Numbered from the stretch's first letter, positions 29,029 through 38,251 are shown. The stretch is DNA of 64,000 nt from Gemmatimonadaceae bacterium (GCA_051859245.1 JBHYGA010000001.1:1533722-1597721), one strand, 5' to 3'. Translations and numbers: made by a program. Notes: generated from the sequence alone by a model not told the origin.

Positions 29029-31050
29029 GTGCTGCTCGAAGTATCCGGCACGGTGCGTGTTCCCGGTGACAAGTCCATCAGTCACCGGGCGCTGCTGTTC
29101 GCCGCATTTTCGCCGGGCGCATCGCGCGTGCGATACATATTGCCCAGTGCCGATGTGCACTCGTCAGCAGCCGTAATGCGCGCACTCGGCGTGCGTGTAC
29201 CGGAGCTGTCGGCAGATTTTGTGGTGCACGGCGTTGCAGCGTCTGCACTCATACAACCGGCCACTGATCTCGATTGCGGCAACAGCGGCACGACCACGCG
29301 GCTCGCGGCCGGAATTGCGGCGGGGCGCGAGGGCATCTCGGCGCGTTTTGTTGGTGACGCGAGCCTGAGCAAGCGCCCCATGCAACGCATTGCGCGCCCA
29401 CTGGTGGCGATGGGTGCGCGCGTGGAATCGGAGCGTGGTGAGGGGCTGCCCATGTGGGTGCACGGTGCATCTCTTGCACCGATTGAATGGCGAAGTGAAC
29501 ACGCGAGCGCACAGATCAAGAGCGCGATTTTACTCGCGGCCGTGACGAGCGGCGTTGGTGCAACCGTATACGAACCGTCGCGTTCGCGTGATCACACGGA
29601 GAACATGCTTTCGGCGCGTGGTGTCTCGGTGAGCGTGACAGATGGTGGTGTGAGCATCACCGGAAATGCATCACTGCACGCGGCCGATGTTGATGTGCCT
29701 GCCGATCCGTCGTCGGCCGCGTTTTTTGTGGCGCTCGCCGGGCTTGCGTCACGCGGCGAACTCGCGCTGCCGGATGTGTGTTTGAATCCAACGCGTACGG
29801 GTGGGTTTGATATTCTCTCGCGCATGGGCGTGCGCGTTACCGTGCAAGACGAACGCACGGTGGGTGGCGAACTGCTGGGAACCATCGTGGCGGCGCCCGG
29901 ATCGCTTCGTGGCACACGCGTGCAGGGTGACGAAGTGCCACGCGCGATTGACGAAATGCCGCTCATCGCCTGTGTGGCGGCGCGCGCCGAGGGCGAGACG
30001 CGCATCACTGACGCCAGCGAGTTGCGAGTCAAGGAAAGTGATCGTATCACTGCGGTGGTTTCGAATCTTCGCAACATTGGTGTAGACGCGGAAGAGTTGC
30101 CTGACGGCATGATCATTCGCGGTGGTACGCATCCGCTGCGCGGCGCGGTTGTTACGCATGGTGATCATCGCCTGGCGATGGCATTTGGTATTCTCGCCGC
30201 GCTGCCGGGCAATCAGATCAGCATTGACGATCCCGATTGTGTGGCGGTGTCGTTCCCGAACTTCTGGGAGCTTCTGAAACAGTCGACGAACACCGTGTCA
30301 CGCGCGTCTGGCGAGAGCAGCGAGCAGGCAAAAGAACCAGGCCAGGTACACCCAGCGAATCGTGCGCCCCTCGTGATCGCCATCGACGGGCCTGCCGCAA
30401 GCGGCAAGTCGTCCACGGCGCAGTGGGTTGCCAAGCGACTCGGTGTGCGACATGTAGATTCCGGTGCGTTCTATCGAGCGCTCACTGCGGCGGCTGTGCG
30501 AAGCGATGTAGATGCAGAGCACTGGACCGAGGCATCTGTCTTGTCCCACGCACCGCGCATCTCGCGCGCCCTCACCGAGCGCTCCGTGGTGCCAACGCTC
30601 GACGGCGAAACCGCCGACACCGAACTGCGCGGGCACGCGGTCACACAGGAAGTCTCGCGCGTAGCGCGTATGCCTGCGGTGCGTGTGTGGGTCAATGATC
30701 AAGTGCGCGCCGCAGGTGCAAGTACTGATGTCGTTGTGGACGGCCGCGATATCGGCACCGCTGTGTTTCCGAACGCATCACTCAAAGTGTTCTTGATCGC
30801 CGATCCGTGGGAACGCGCGCGTCGACGTCTTGTGCAGCGCCTCGAACGTCGCCCAACAGACGCCGAGATTGCGGAAGAAACGGAGGCGCTCGTGGCGCGC
30901 GATGCGAAGGATGCCACGCAGAGCCGCCCCGATCCGTCGGCGATCACCATTGATACCACCACGCTCACTCAGGAAGAGCAGGTGGATCGCATTGTCGCTT
31001 TGGCAGAAGCAGTGAAACGCGCAGCAACTGAGCGGCCGATTGACGAGTGA
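29029..31050 (+). CDS. aroA-cmk: Fused EPSP synthase (AroA) - cytidylate kinase (Cmk)
   Basis: AroA motifs PGDKSISHR, GNSGTT, SAQIKS, RDHTE, RVKESDR and DHR, then a polar linker and Cmk motifs IDGPAASGKS and DGRDIGT, all in one frame. Confidence 0.92.
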   Translation: MLLEVSGTVRVPGDKSISHRALLFAAFSPGASRVRYILPSADVHSSAAVMRALGVRVPELSADFVVHGVAASALIQPATDLDCGNSGTTTRLAAGIAAGREGISARFVGDASLSKRPMQRIARPLVAMGARVESERGEGLPMWVHGASLAPIEWRSEHASAQIKSAILLAAVTSGVGATVYEPSRSRDHTENMLSARGVSVSVTDGGVSITGNASLHAADVDVPADPSSAAFFVALAGLASRGELALPDVCLNPTRTGGFDILSRMGVRVTVQDERTVGGELLGTIVAAPGSLRGTRVQGDEVPRAIDEMPLIACVAARAEGETRITDASELRVKESDRITAVVSNLRNIGVDAEELPDGMIIRGGTHPLRGAVVTHGDHRLAMAFGILAALPGNQISIDDPDCVAVSFPNFWELLKQSTNTVSRASGESSEQAKEPGQVHPANRAPLVIAIDGPAASGKSSTAQWVAKRLGVRHVDSGAFYRALTAAAVRSDVDAEHWTEASVLSHAPRISRALTERSVVPTLDGETADTELRGHAVTQEVSRVARMPAVRVWVNDQVRAAGASTDVVVDGRDIGTAVFPNASLKVFLIADPWERARRRLVQRLERRPTDAEIAEETEALVARDAKDATQSRPDPSAITIDTTTLTQEEQVDRIVALAEAVKRAATERPIDE

Positions 31051-31060
31051 TCGCAGTGCG

Positions 31061-32308
31061 TCAGAGTGTTAACGCACGCGTGAGCTCGTCATGTTCAAAT
31101 GCGCTTGCCATACGATTGATTTCGGACGGACGCGCACCGGTTGCCTTCGCGGTGTCACGCCAGGCAGACGTGGCGCCTGCCACAGATTTGATAATCTCGC
31201 GCGCTTGTTGCAGGGTAAGGCCAAAGTATGTGGATGCTGACTCGAGCAGATCAAGCGAACAGGTGCTTTCGTCAAGATCAATGTTCGTTGAGAGCACGCG
31301 CGCCTTGAGATCAGCAGGCACGGGGTTGAGATCGTAGGCGGGCGACAGCGACCATCCCGCTGTTCCGAACCTGAGGAACCCATGATTGCGAAGATGGTCG
31401 TCCACATTGGAGATCAGCACGTTGAAGACAACTCGCCGATACAACGCGTGCGCGTCAGATTTCCCGTTCGCTCCGTGTTGCGCGATCGCGTCTACGATCT
31501 CCGGATAGCTGCCGCCCTCGCCATCTCTCGCGCCCAGTATTGCCATGGCAGACAGGAACGGAATGCGAGCTGCACCGGAGCGATCGAAACGCCGTGACAA
31601 CAGTACCGGCTTGCCCGCGACCTCAATCAGTTCATGATGTGGCGTAGTTATTCCAGCCCGAGCTGCCAGCCTCAGCGCAATCTCCTCCCATCTTTCGAGG
31701 CTGTACTCGTCGGTCTCTTTAGGGAACTTGGCGATGGACAGATAACCGTGCTGGTCAAGCACAGACACTTTCGGCCGCGCGCCGCCGAGCGATGAACCCG
31801 GCGCGAGAAGCAGTTGTACATCTTCATCGGAATCTTCGTCCCGCAACATACGCTCGGTAACCTGAAGCAGCCGCCCTAGTGCAAGAAGCCCGGGCACACC
31901 AACGTCACGCGGCGCTTGGTAGACGGTTTCGCCTGCCCGTCGAAAGCGAAGCGCTCCCAGGCGCGTTTCGTCCGCTACGCCGAGCAGGTAGTCACTCTCG
32001 CCCAGCGTGCGAACCGTCCGGGATTCGCGCTCGGCGCGCCGGCGCTCCGCACGTTGCATCAGTCGACGGCCCCACGTGTCAGGCGCTGAATCACCGATCG
32101 CACCGAAGGTTACCCGACCTTGCGGCGGATGAAATGTGGCCCGTGTCAGGGAAAGCGAAGGCTCGAGCGAAAAGCGATTCGGATCCGCAAGCCACGCGGC
32201 ATCGTATTCGAAGGCGATCGTCTCTATCCCGCGTGGGCGAATAATCCGAGCCAGACCAATAGCGCGCGTCTGGCCATCCAGGTCGATGTGGACCTCAAAG
32301 TCAGTCAT
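31061..32308 (-). CDS. hipA: HipA-family kinase toxin
   Basis: N-terminal couple_hipA-like domain (DSAPDTWGR), then GSSLGGARPK, RFDR, NVDDHLRNHGF and SPAYDLNP. ATG at 32308. Confidence 0.92.
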   Translation of the reverse strand: MTDFEVHIDLDGQTRAIGLARIIRPRGIETIAFEYDAAWLADPNRFSLEPSLSLTRATFHPPQGRVTFGAIGDSAPDTWGRRLMQRAERRRAERESRTVRTLGESDYLLGVADETRLGALRFRRAGETVYQAPRDVGVPGLLALGRLLQVTERMLRDEDSDEDVQLLLAPGSSLGGARPKVSVLDQHGYLSIAKFPKETDEYSLERWEEIALRLAARAGITTPHHELIEVAGKPVLLSRRFDRSGAARIPFLSAMAILGARDGEGGSYPEIVDAIAQHGANGKSDAHALYRRVVFNVLISNVDDHLRNHGFLRFGTAGWSLSPAYDLNPVPADLKARVLSTNIDLDESTCSLDLLESASTYFGLTLQQAREIIKSVAGATSAWRDTAKATGARPSEINRMASAFEHDELTRALTL

Positions 32309-32636
32309 CGTGGTCCGGCGCCGCGACTCGCGCGGCGTGCACATGCTTGGGCAGCGCCGCGCTGGCCAACGATTGACCGACGGAGTCGTTTGCGATGTCG
32401 GCGATCTGGCTGAGCCCGTGGAGCAGGCCAAGTGCTTGGAGAACGCCCGCGTAGATGCCGATGCTCACGCTCGTGTCGCCCGCCTCAACCTTCTGCAGGG
32501 TGGAGCGCGACGTGAAGGCACGATCCGCGACCACCGCCATGGGAAGTCGCCGCCTCTTTCGCGCATCACGAATGTCGGCGCCCAGCTTCTGGAGCGCACG
32601 CCGTACTGCGAGAGGAGGCGAATGAGGAGTTGGCAT
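32301..32636 (-). CDS. Xre-family HTH antitoxin (HipB-like)
   Basis: LGADIRDARKRR..VADRAFTSRSTLQKVEAG HTH; overlaps the hipA start by 8 nt. Confidence 0.88.
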   Translation of the reverse strand: MPTPHSPPLAVRRALQKLGADIRDARKRRRLPMAVVADRAFTSRSTLQKVEAGDTSVSIGIYAGVLQALGLLHGLSQIADIANDSVGQSLASAALPKHVHAARVAAPDHDD

Positions 32637-32645
32637 TTGTTAACG

Positions 32646-32678
32646 TCGTGCTACGTATACAGGAAATATGTAGCACGA
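32646..32678. promoter_or_regulatory. Inverted-repeat operator upstream of the hipBA-like operon
   Basis: TCGTGCTACGTAT-N7-ATATGTAGCACGA (13-bp arms, 1 mismatch), about 10 nt upstream of the antitoxin ATG. Confidence 0.7.
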
Positions 32679-32691
32679 AGAACACAAAAGT

Positions 32692-33926
32692 CTACTCCCG
32701 CACCCGATCAAGCCGCGCCGACAGCGCAATCTTTGCGTGGCTGAGATCGTACCGGATTCGCATCTCCGTGCGGGCGTAGCTTCGTTCCGCCGGTCCCGCC
32801 ACGACGGAGAGCGTCTGCCGGCGCGGGAGGTCGCAGAGGTGAAACACGCCGTCGACTCCCGTATGCGTGAATACCTCGCGCACGCGAAGTGAGTAGCGTC
32901 CGGTGCGCAGTTCCACATCGCCGCCGAGCACCATTTCTGTCCACGCAGCGCGAACCAGCACGCCGGCCATCGGTTGGCCTTGCGCGTCGCGGAGGACGCC
33001 GGTGAGCGTGGACAGCGTATCGGCGCTCGACAACGGCGCAGGCGGTGGCTCTGAAGTCGCGAGAGTCGTCGAAACTGTATCGCAGTTCGTGGTATCGCGC
33101 AGCGCAATCAGCGGCACCACGCTCACCGGCGTCACAGAGTCGCGAGACACGCCCGACGAGAAGAGCAGATTGTCGCCGTCACGCAGTTCGAGCACCTGGC
33201 CAGTTGTAACCTGAATGCCATTCACGGCCGTGAAATAATCCAGCTCTTGCGATGCCCGTGATTGCCGCGCGAATCGCGACACAATCGGCATTCGAATGGA
33301 CCAGTCGTGTACAAACCAGATTCCGTCGGGAAGGCTCGTATACTCGACCACGCCGCCCGTCGTTGCACGCACGAGCATCGGCTCAAGTCCACTGTACCCA
33401 TAATCAATGCGACGCAGTTCGTTCGATGCGCGATCAAGCCACACCGTACCGCGCACCTGCACAACACCGCGACGCGCACGCACCGGTTCGAACGACACAC
33501 CGCGCCACCCTGGATTGCTCACAGAGTCTGTGTTCAACTTCAAGCAGTAGTGCGCGAGAAAACGATCCGACTGTGCGGTTCACCGGATCGACGCTGCAGC
33601 GTGAATCAACGCGCGCGTCGAACGTGGCCAAGCGAACGGGCACATTAGGCAGCGTCGCACTCACTTCCTGACGCGCACCCGCCTCCGGCGTGAGCCGAGC
33701 CAACTCATACGGCTGCTGCCCCACGCGTAACACGCGCAGCACAATCGGCGCGCTTGGCACGCGCAGCACATACGTGCCACGCGCACAGGTGATCGTGCGC
33801 CCGACGTTTGAATCATTCACCGCGAGCGATGCGGTCACCACCACCTCAGCCGCTGGTGTGCCGGTATCCAGCTGTCGAAGCGTTCCAAAGATTTCCTGAG
33901 CGTTCGCGGGCCGAAGCGCGCGGGCG
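32692..33926 (-). pseudogene. Decayed secreted protein with carboxypeptidase-regulatory-like domains (5'-truncated, frame break near 33575)
   Basis: Upstream frame encodes ANAQEIFGTL..VVV..GTYVLRVP with no start codon. The downstream frame resumes after a TGA as SDRFLAHYCLKL..RGTVWLD..WSIRMP and ends in a second LTGVLRDAQGQPMAGV domain. Confidence 0.6.
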
Positions 33927-34391
33927 CTAGCCGTTCGTCGTGCGAAAGATTTTGACGATCGTAAATGTGGAGTCGAGAATGATCCATTCCCGCTGGCGAT
34001 GCTGATCCTCAACCTTGGGATCCGCGACCCAGCGGTTTGGTCCCACGCGCAGCATCAACACAGGGGAGCTGTTCCAGTCCAATCCCGATTCCTTACTACG
34101 AAGGGCATTGTAGCGCGCACTGACGGTGTCACACTGGGCGTTCGTACCGCCGTAGCGAACACTGTCCGCAGGAACGTTGGGAAGTCCGGAGTGCGTGCGA
34201 AGGTTTTCGATGGGACCAGACACCGTGTACTGAAATCTTTCAAGGAAATCCGCACTATCGTCCGGCGTTGTGTTGCCACAACCGGTCTGCGAGGGAAGCC
34301 TGGCTATTTCCCCACTGACCTCGGCCCCGGATAGCCCCGCGAGCGCTGAAGCGCCCAGCGTTCCGAGCAACATGATGGACGGCAAGCGCAT
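33927..34391 (-). CDS. Orphan secreted protein (154 aa)
   Basis: ATG at 34391, hydrophobic signal-like N-terminus, two Cys; divergent from rpsA. Confidence 0.6.
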   Translation of the reverse strand: MRLPSIMLLGTLGASALAGLSGAEVSGEIARLPSQTGCGNTTPDDSADFLERFQYTVSGPIENLRTHSGLPNVPADSVRYGGTNAQCDTVSARYNALRSKESGLDWNSSPVLMLRVGPNRWVADPKVEDQHRQREWIILDSTFTIVKIFRTTNG

Positions 34392-34448
34392 GAGCAGACT
34401 CCGGAAGGTGGTGGAGAACCGGCTTTGCAGCCGGCCAGCGGCAGGTCG

Positions 34449-34477
34449 TTGACCCCCGCCACCAGACTGGCTAGCTT
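34449..34477 (+). promoter_or_regulatory. Sigma70-like promoter of rpsA
   Basis: TTGACC-N17-TAGCTT about 110 nt upstream of the rpsA ATG. Confidence 0.55.
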
Positions 34478-34587
34478 TCACAATTCCTCTCGTTCCGCCC
34501 CCAAATCGACCTGGGGCGTATCGTGATTCTATCCCCCGAACCTCGGCGCGGCGAGCGATCCCCCGCGATTTGGAGAATTCCCCCAGT

Positions 34588-36372
34588 ATGACGACCGAAC
34601 TCGAAACCCCAACCCTCGACGAGACCGCAGACGGCGAGCCGGAACGCCTCAGCGCTCGCGAGAAGCGTGACCTCCAGAAGAGCCAGTTGCGCCCGCTCGC
34701 CAACCGCCGCCCCGAACTGTACGACGAAGACGAACTGACGTCTGTCGAGTTCGAGGCGATGCTGGAGATGTACAATGGCACCCTCGCCTCCATCGAAGAA
34801 GGCGAGATCGTCAAGGCGCGCGTTCTCGAAATCCGCGAGAACCTGGTCGTGCTCGACATCGGCTTCAAGTCCGAAGGCACGATCCCGCTCGAAGAGTTCA
34901 AGGACATGCCCGACCTCAAGGAAGGCGATGAGGTTGAGGTTCTTCTTGAGCACCTGGAAGACTCCGAAGGGTCGGTCGTGCTTTCCAAGAAGAAAGCCGA
35001 TTTCATGCGCGTCTGGGAGAAGATCCGCGTCGCGTACGAGAGCGACGAGCCGGTGCAGGGCACGCTCGTCAAGAAGATCAAGGGTGGTGTGGTCGTCGAC
35101 CTTATGGGCGTCGATGCATTCCTCCCGGGCTCGCAGATCGCGCTCCGTCGTGTTCCAAACATCGACGAGCTGCTCGGTCACACGTACGAGTTCAAGATCA
35201 TCAAGCTCAACAAGCGTCGCCGCAACATCGTCGTCTCGCGTCGTGTCATCCTCGAGAACGAGCGGGCTGGCAAGCGCGAAAAGTTGATGAAGGAGCTGAA
35301 CAAGGATCAGGTCCGCAAGGGTGTCGTCAAGAACATCACCGACTTCGGTGCGTTCATCGACCTCGGCGGCGTGGACGGCCTCCTGCATATCACCGACATG
35401 TCGTGGGGCCGCATTTCGCATCCGAGCGAAATGGTCTCCATTGGTCTCGAACTCGAGATCAAGGTCCTCGATATCGATTGGGAGCGCGAGCGCATTTCGC
35501 TTGGCCTCAAGCAGCTGCAGGCGTATCCGTGGAAGGACGTGGCCGCCAAGTATCCGGTGGGCACGCGCGTCAACGGTAAGGTTGTGTCCATCACGAACTA
35601 CGGCGCCTTCATCGAGCTCGAGCCGGGCATCGAAGGCCTCGTGCACATCAGCGAAATGAGCTGGACGCGCAACGTGCGTCATCCGTCGAAGATTGTGTCG
35701 ATCGGTGAGGCAATAGAGGCGGTGGTGCTCAAGGTCGACGAGAGCGAAGAGAAGATCTCGCTCGGCATGAAGCAGACGGAACAGGATCCGTGGGTTGTGC
35801 TGCCCCTGAAGTACCCGGTGGGCACGCGCATCAACGGCAAGGTGCGTAACCTCACGTCGTTTGGCGCGTTCGTGGAAATCGAACCCGGCATCGACGGCCT
35901 CATTCACATCTCTGACATGTCCTGGACCAAGCGCGTTCAGCACCCGTCGGAAGTGGTGAAGAAGGGCGACGCGGTTGACGTGGTGATCCTGAACATCGAC
36001 AGCGAAAACAAGCGCATCTCGCTCGGCCTCAAGCAGGCTGAGGAAGATCCGTGGCTTCGCATCGGTGAGAACTTCCCGGTTGGCATGGACATCGAAGGCG
36101 CCGTGGTGCGTCTCATGGACAAGGGCGTGGTCGTCGATCTCGGCAACGACATCGAAGGCTTCGTGCCGGTGAGCCAGCTGAACCCGGATGCAACGGTCAC
36201 GAACCCGGCCGACTTTGCGTTCGAAGGAATGCGTCTCGTCACGCGCGTGCTTGAGGTGGATCCCATCCACCGCCGCATCGTGCTCACGGTTGTGAGCATT
36301 CCGGAAGAGCAGCCGCCGCGTCCGACCGAGCCGCCGATTGTGCATAGCTCGGAAGACGAACTCGGTCTCTAA
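34588..36372 (+). CDS. rpsA: 30S ribosomal protein S1
   Basis: Six S1 repeats (DIGFKSEG, FGAFIDLGGVDGLLHITD, etc.) and highly biased codon usage. Confidence 0.97.
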   Translation: MTTELETPTLDETADGEPERLSAREKRDLQKSQLRPLANRRPELYDEDELTSVEFEAMLEMYNGTLASIEEGEIVKARVLEIRENLVVLDIGFKSEGTIPLEEFKDMPDLKEGDEVEVLLEHLEDSEGSVVLSKKKADFMRVWEKIRVAYESDEPVQGTLVKKIKGGVVVDLMGVDAFLPGSQIALRRVPNIDELLGHTYEFKIIKLNKRRRNIVVSRRVILENERAGKREKLMKELNKDQVRKGVVKNITDFGAFIDLGGVDGLLHITDMSWGRISHPSEMVSIGLELEIKVLDIDWERERISLGLKQLQAYPWKDVAAKYPVGTRVNGKVVSITNYGAFIELEPGIEGLVHISEMSWTRNVRHPSKIVSIGEAIEAVVLKVDESEEKISLGMKQTEQDPWVVLPLKYPVGTRINGKVRNLTSFGAFVEIEPGIDGLIHISDMSWTKRVQHPSEVVKKGDAVDVVILNIDSENKRISLGLKQAEEDPWLRIGENFPVGMDIEGAVVRLMDKGVVVDLGNDIEGFVPVSQLNPDATVTNPADFAFEGMRLVTRVLEVDPIHRRIVLTVVSIPEEQPPRPTEPPIVHSSEDELGL

Positions 36373-36395
36373 GACAAGTTCTCGAAGTAACAACG

Positions 36396-36431
36396 CGCCC
36401 CCGATTCGCATCTGCGGATCGGGGGCGTTTT
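36396..36431 (+). terminator. Rho-independent terminator after rpsA
   Basis: CGCCCCCGATTCGCA / TGCGGATCGGGGGCG stem followed by TTTT. Confidence 0.8.
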
Positions 36432-36674
36432 GCATCGGCCATCGACTGCGATGGACAGCGAGTGAGAGCCATCGCGATTCGTCGCGATGAGCACGACTGT
36501 GCCACCCGTGTGATGATCGCTTCGATTCCCGTGACAAACGCTAAAGGTTCTGCGCGCTCGCGCCGAAAGGCCTGTGTGTGCCGCGCGCGATGCGCTGTGT
36601 TGCTCACCGGCAACCAACGATGTGCGTGGCGCCCTCAACGCGTTGACCTCATTCACAGAATAGGAGCTTTCTCC

Positions 36675-37085
36675 ATGTTGCAGTCGTTCGTCCGTCGTAC
36701 TTCGCTGATGGTTGCACTCAGCGCCGCCGCGCTTGCCTTCGCACCCAGCGCCGCCGAGGCGCAGGACGACAAGGTGTACGCCCTCGCGGAGCTCCAGACC
36801 GCGCCGAAGCTGCGTTCGACGGCCGAAGCGGGTCGCCACATTCAGGATTCGTATCCGGAAGAGCTGAAGCGTCGTGGCGTTGGTGGCATGGTCGAGATCG
36901 AGTTTGTTGTCGACGAGAAGGGCAAGGTTGTGCCGTCAAGCATCAACGTGCTCGACGCCACGCAGAGCCAGCTCGGCGAAGCGGCCAAGAAGGTCGCCGC
37001 CAAGCTTGAGTTCCAGCCGGGCAAGGCCGGTGGTTCGGCCGTGAAGTGCAAAGTCGTGCTGCCGATCGTCTACAAGGCCAGCTGA
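36675..37085 (+). CDS. Secreted TonB C-terminal domain protein
   Basis: AGGAG RBS, signal peptide (AEA-Q) and TonB_C motif YPEELKRRGVGG.V.IEFVVDEKGKV ... FQPG. Confidence 0.85.
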   Translation: MLQSFVRRTSLMVALSAAALAFAPSAAEAQDDKVYALAELQTAPKLRSTAEAGRHIQDSYPEELKRRGVGGMVEIEFVVDEKGKVVPSSINVLDATQSQLGEAAKKVAAKLEFQPGKAGGSAVKCKVVLPIVYKAS

Positions 37086-37130
37086 GTCGTTCTGGAGTAC
37101 ATGGCGACCCGATGTCGCCACAGGGAAAAC

Positions 37131-37165
37131 AAAAACGGGTCACTGCATCGCAGTGGCCCGTTTTT
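37131..37165. terminator. Bidirectional terminator between the convergent TonB and PEP-CTERM genes
   Basis: AAAAACGGGTCACTGC-ATC-GCAGTGGCCCGTTTTT, with an A tract on one side and a T tract on the other. Confidence 0.8.
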
Positions 37166-37227
37166 GCCTCTTTTCTCCTGGACCGCTCGACACCATGCCG
37201 TGCCGAGCGGGGACTGCGACCTGCAAA

Positions 37228-37980
37228 TCAGGCGTTGCGCTGACGACGACGGGCTGCGGCACCAAGACCAACAAGGCCGAAAGCCATCAGGGCGATCGAA
37301 GCGGGCTCTGGAACTTCGGTCGGAATGATCACCGGCTCGAGGTATCCCGTAGTCGTGAGATCCGTATCAAAGCGCATGAACAGGTCATGCGATGAGCGCG
37401 AACCAATGCCGTTGCCGAGCGTCACGTCCATCGTGCGGAACACGTCCATCAGAGGATTGTTGCCGGCACCAAGCGCAATCGCGTCGCGGTATTCAACGTG
37501 TCCACCGATGTCGCACAGCACGAGTCCAAGGAACGTGCATGTGCCAGAGTTGTAGTCGTAACCGATGTCGGAACCCTGTGTGCCCTCGCCGAGTCCGAAC
37601 TTTCCGATTGAACGGTCGAACATGACGTTGCTCTCGTCCGTCTCGAACAGCAGACGGGTGAGCGTTTCGTTGCGACGGTTATCGAGCGTCCACGCACCGT
37701 AGTACGTGTCGGACCAGCCGTGCAGGCTGAGCTGCAGGTCGGTTCCGGTGAAACCGTAATAGTTGGTGGCGCCGAGCTGACCGAGCGTGTAGGTCTGCTG
37801 GAAGCCGCCCCAGTACGCGGTAAGCTTGAGTCCCGTCATGTGACGCACCTGTACGGCGCTCTGAATCGGGCCGTCGGTTACTGACACGTTGCCCGCGATC
37901 GCCGACACAGTCTGCGCGCTGAGCGGTGCGGAAACGGCAACTGCTGCAAGGGCAGCGAGATAGAACGAGGACTTTTTCAT
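37228..37980 (-). CDS. PEP-CTERM (exosortase-target) surface protein
   Basis: Signal peptide MKKSSFYLAALAAVAVSAPLSA-Q; C-terminal VPEPAS, TM helix and RRRQR. ATG at 37980. Confidence 0.92.
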   Translation of the reverse strand: MKKSSFYLAALAAVAVSAPLSAQTVSAIAGNVSVTDGPIQSAVQVRHMTGLKLTAYWGGFQQTYTLGQLGATNYYGFTGTDLQLSLHGWSDTYYGAWTLDNRRNETLTRLLFETDESNVMFDRSIGKFGLGEGTQGSDIGYDYNSGTCTFLGLVLCDIGGHVEYRDAIALGAGNNPLMDVFRTMDVTLGNGIGSRSSHDLFMRFDTDLTTTGYLEPVIIPTEVPEPASIALMAFGLVGLGAAARRRQRNA

Positions 37981-38028
37981 GGTGTGCTGGATTAAAGAGA
38001 CTGCGGGGACATCTTGCACACCCAGACG

Positions 38029-38044
38029 GCAAGTCGCGTGCCAA
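38029..38044 (-). promoter_or_regulatory. Sigma-54 (-24/-12) promoter of the PEP-CTERM gene
   Basis: Minus strand reads TTGGCACG-CGAC-TTGC, an exact match to TGGCACG-N4-TTGC, about 50 nt upstream of the ATG. Confidence 0.85.
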
Positions 38045-38251
38045 ACAGATTTCCGCTGTTTTCTCCTCTGTGGAACCTCCGAAGGCTGATTCGGCCTGCA
38101 AGCGGACTGATGCGTGAGACCAGCACCGTTCGTCGCCGATGGCCCACAAGAGCATCGATCGTGCCACTCGCCCGTGTATTGAAGTTTTGACCGGCAACAA
38201 CAGATTCTTTGCGCTAGGCGATTGTCGTGACTCGGCTTAGCTTCCCGCCCT

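Noticed and set aside
33927..35162. 411-aa minus-strand ORF as listed in the track
   Set aside because: Its 5' two-thirds is antisense to rpsA and its leader. Only the part from ATG 34391 is credible.
34471..36537. 688-aa antisense ORF over rpsA, and similar long antisense ORFs over dxs, the GH125-like gene, pcs and pnp
   Set aside because: These are shadow ORFs produced by GC-rich codon bias on the sense gene, and they have no recognisable motifs.
36432..36674. Small hairpins (CCATCG/CGATGG, CATCGCGA-TTCG-TCGCGATG, GCC-GAAA-GGC) as a riboswitch before the TonB-domain gene
   Set aside because: No match to riboswitch consensus motifs I can recognise (cobalamin, TPP, c-di-GMP). Short GC hairpins are expected by chance.
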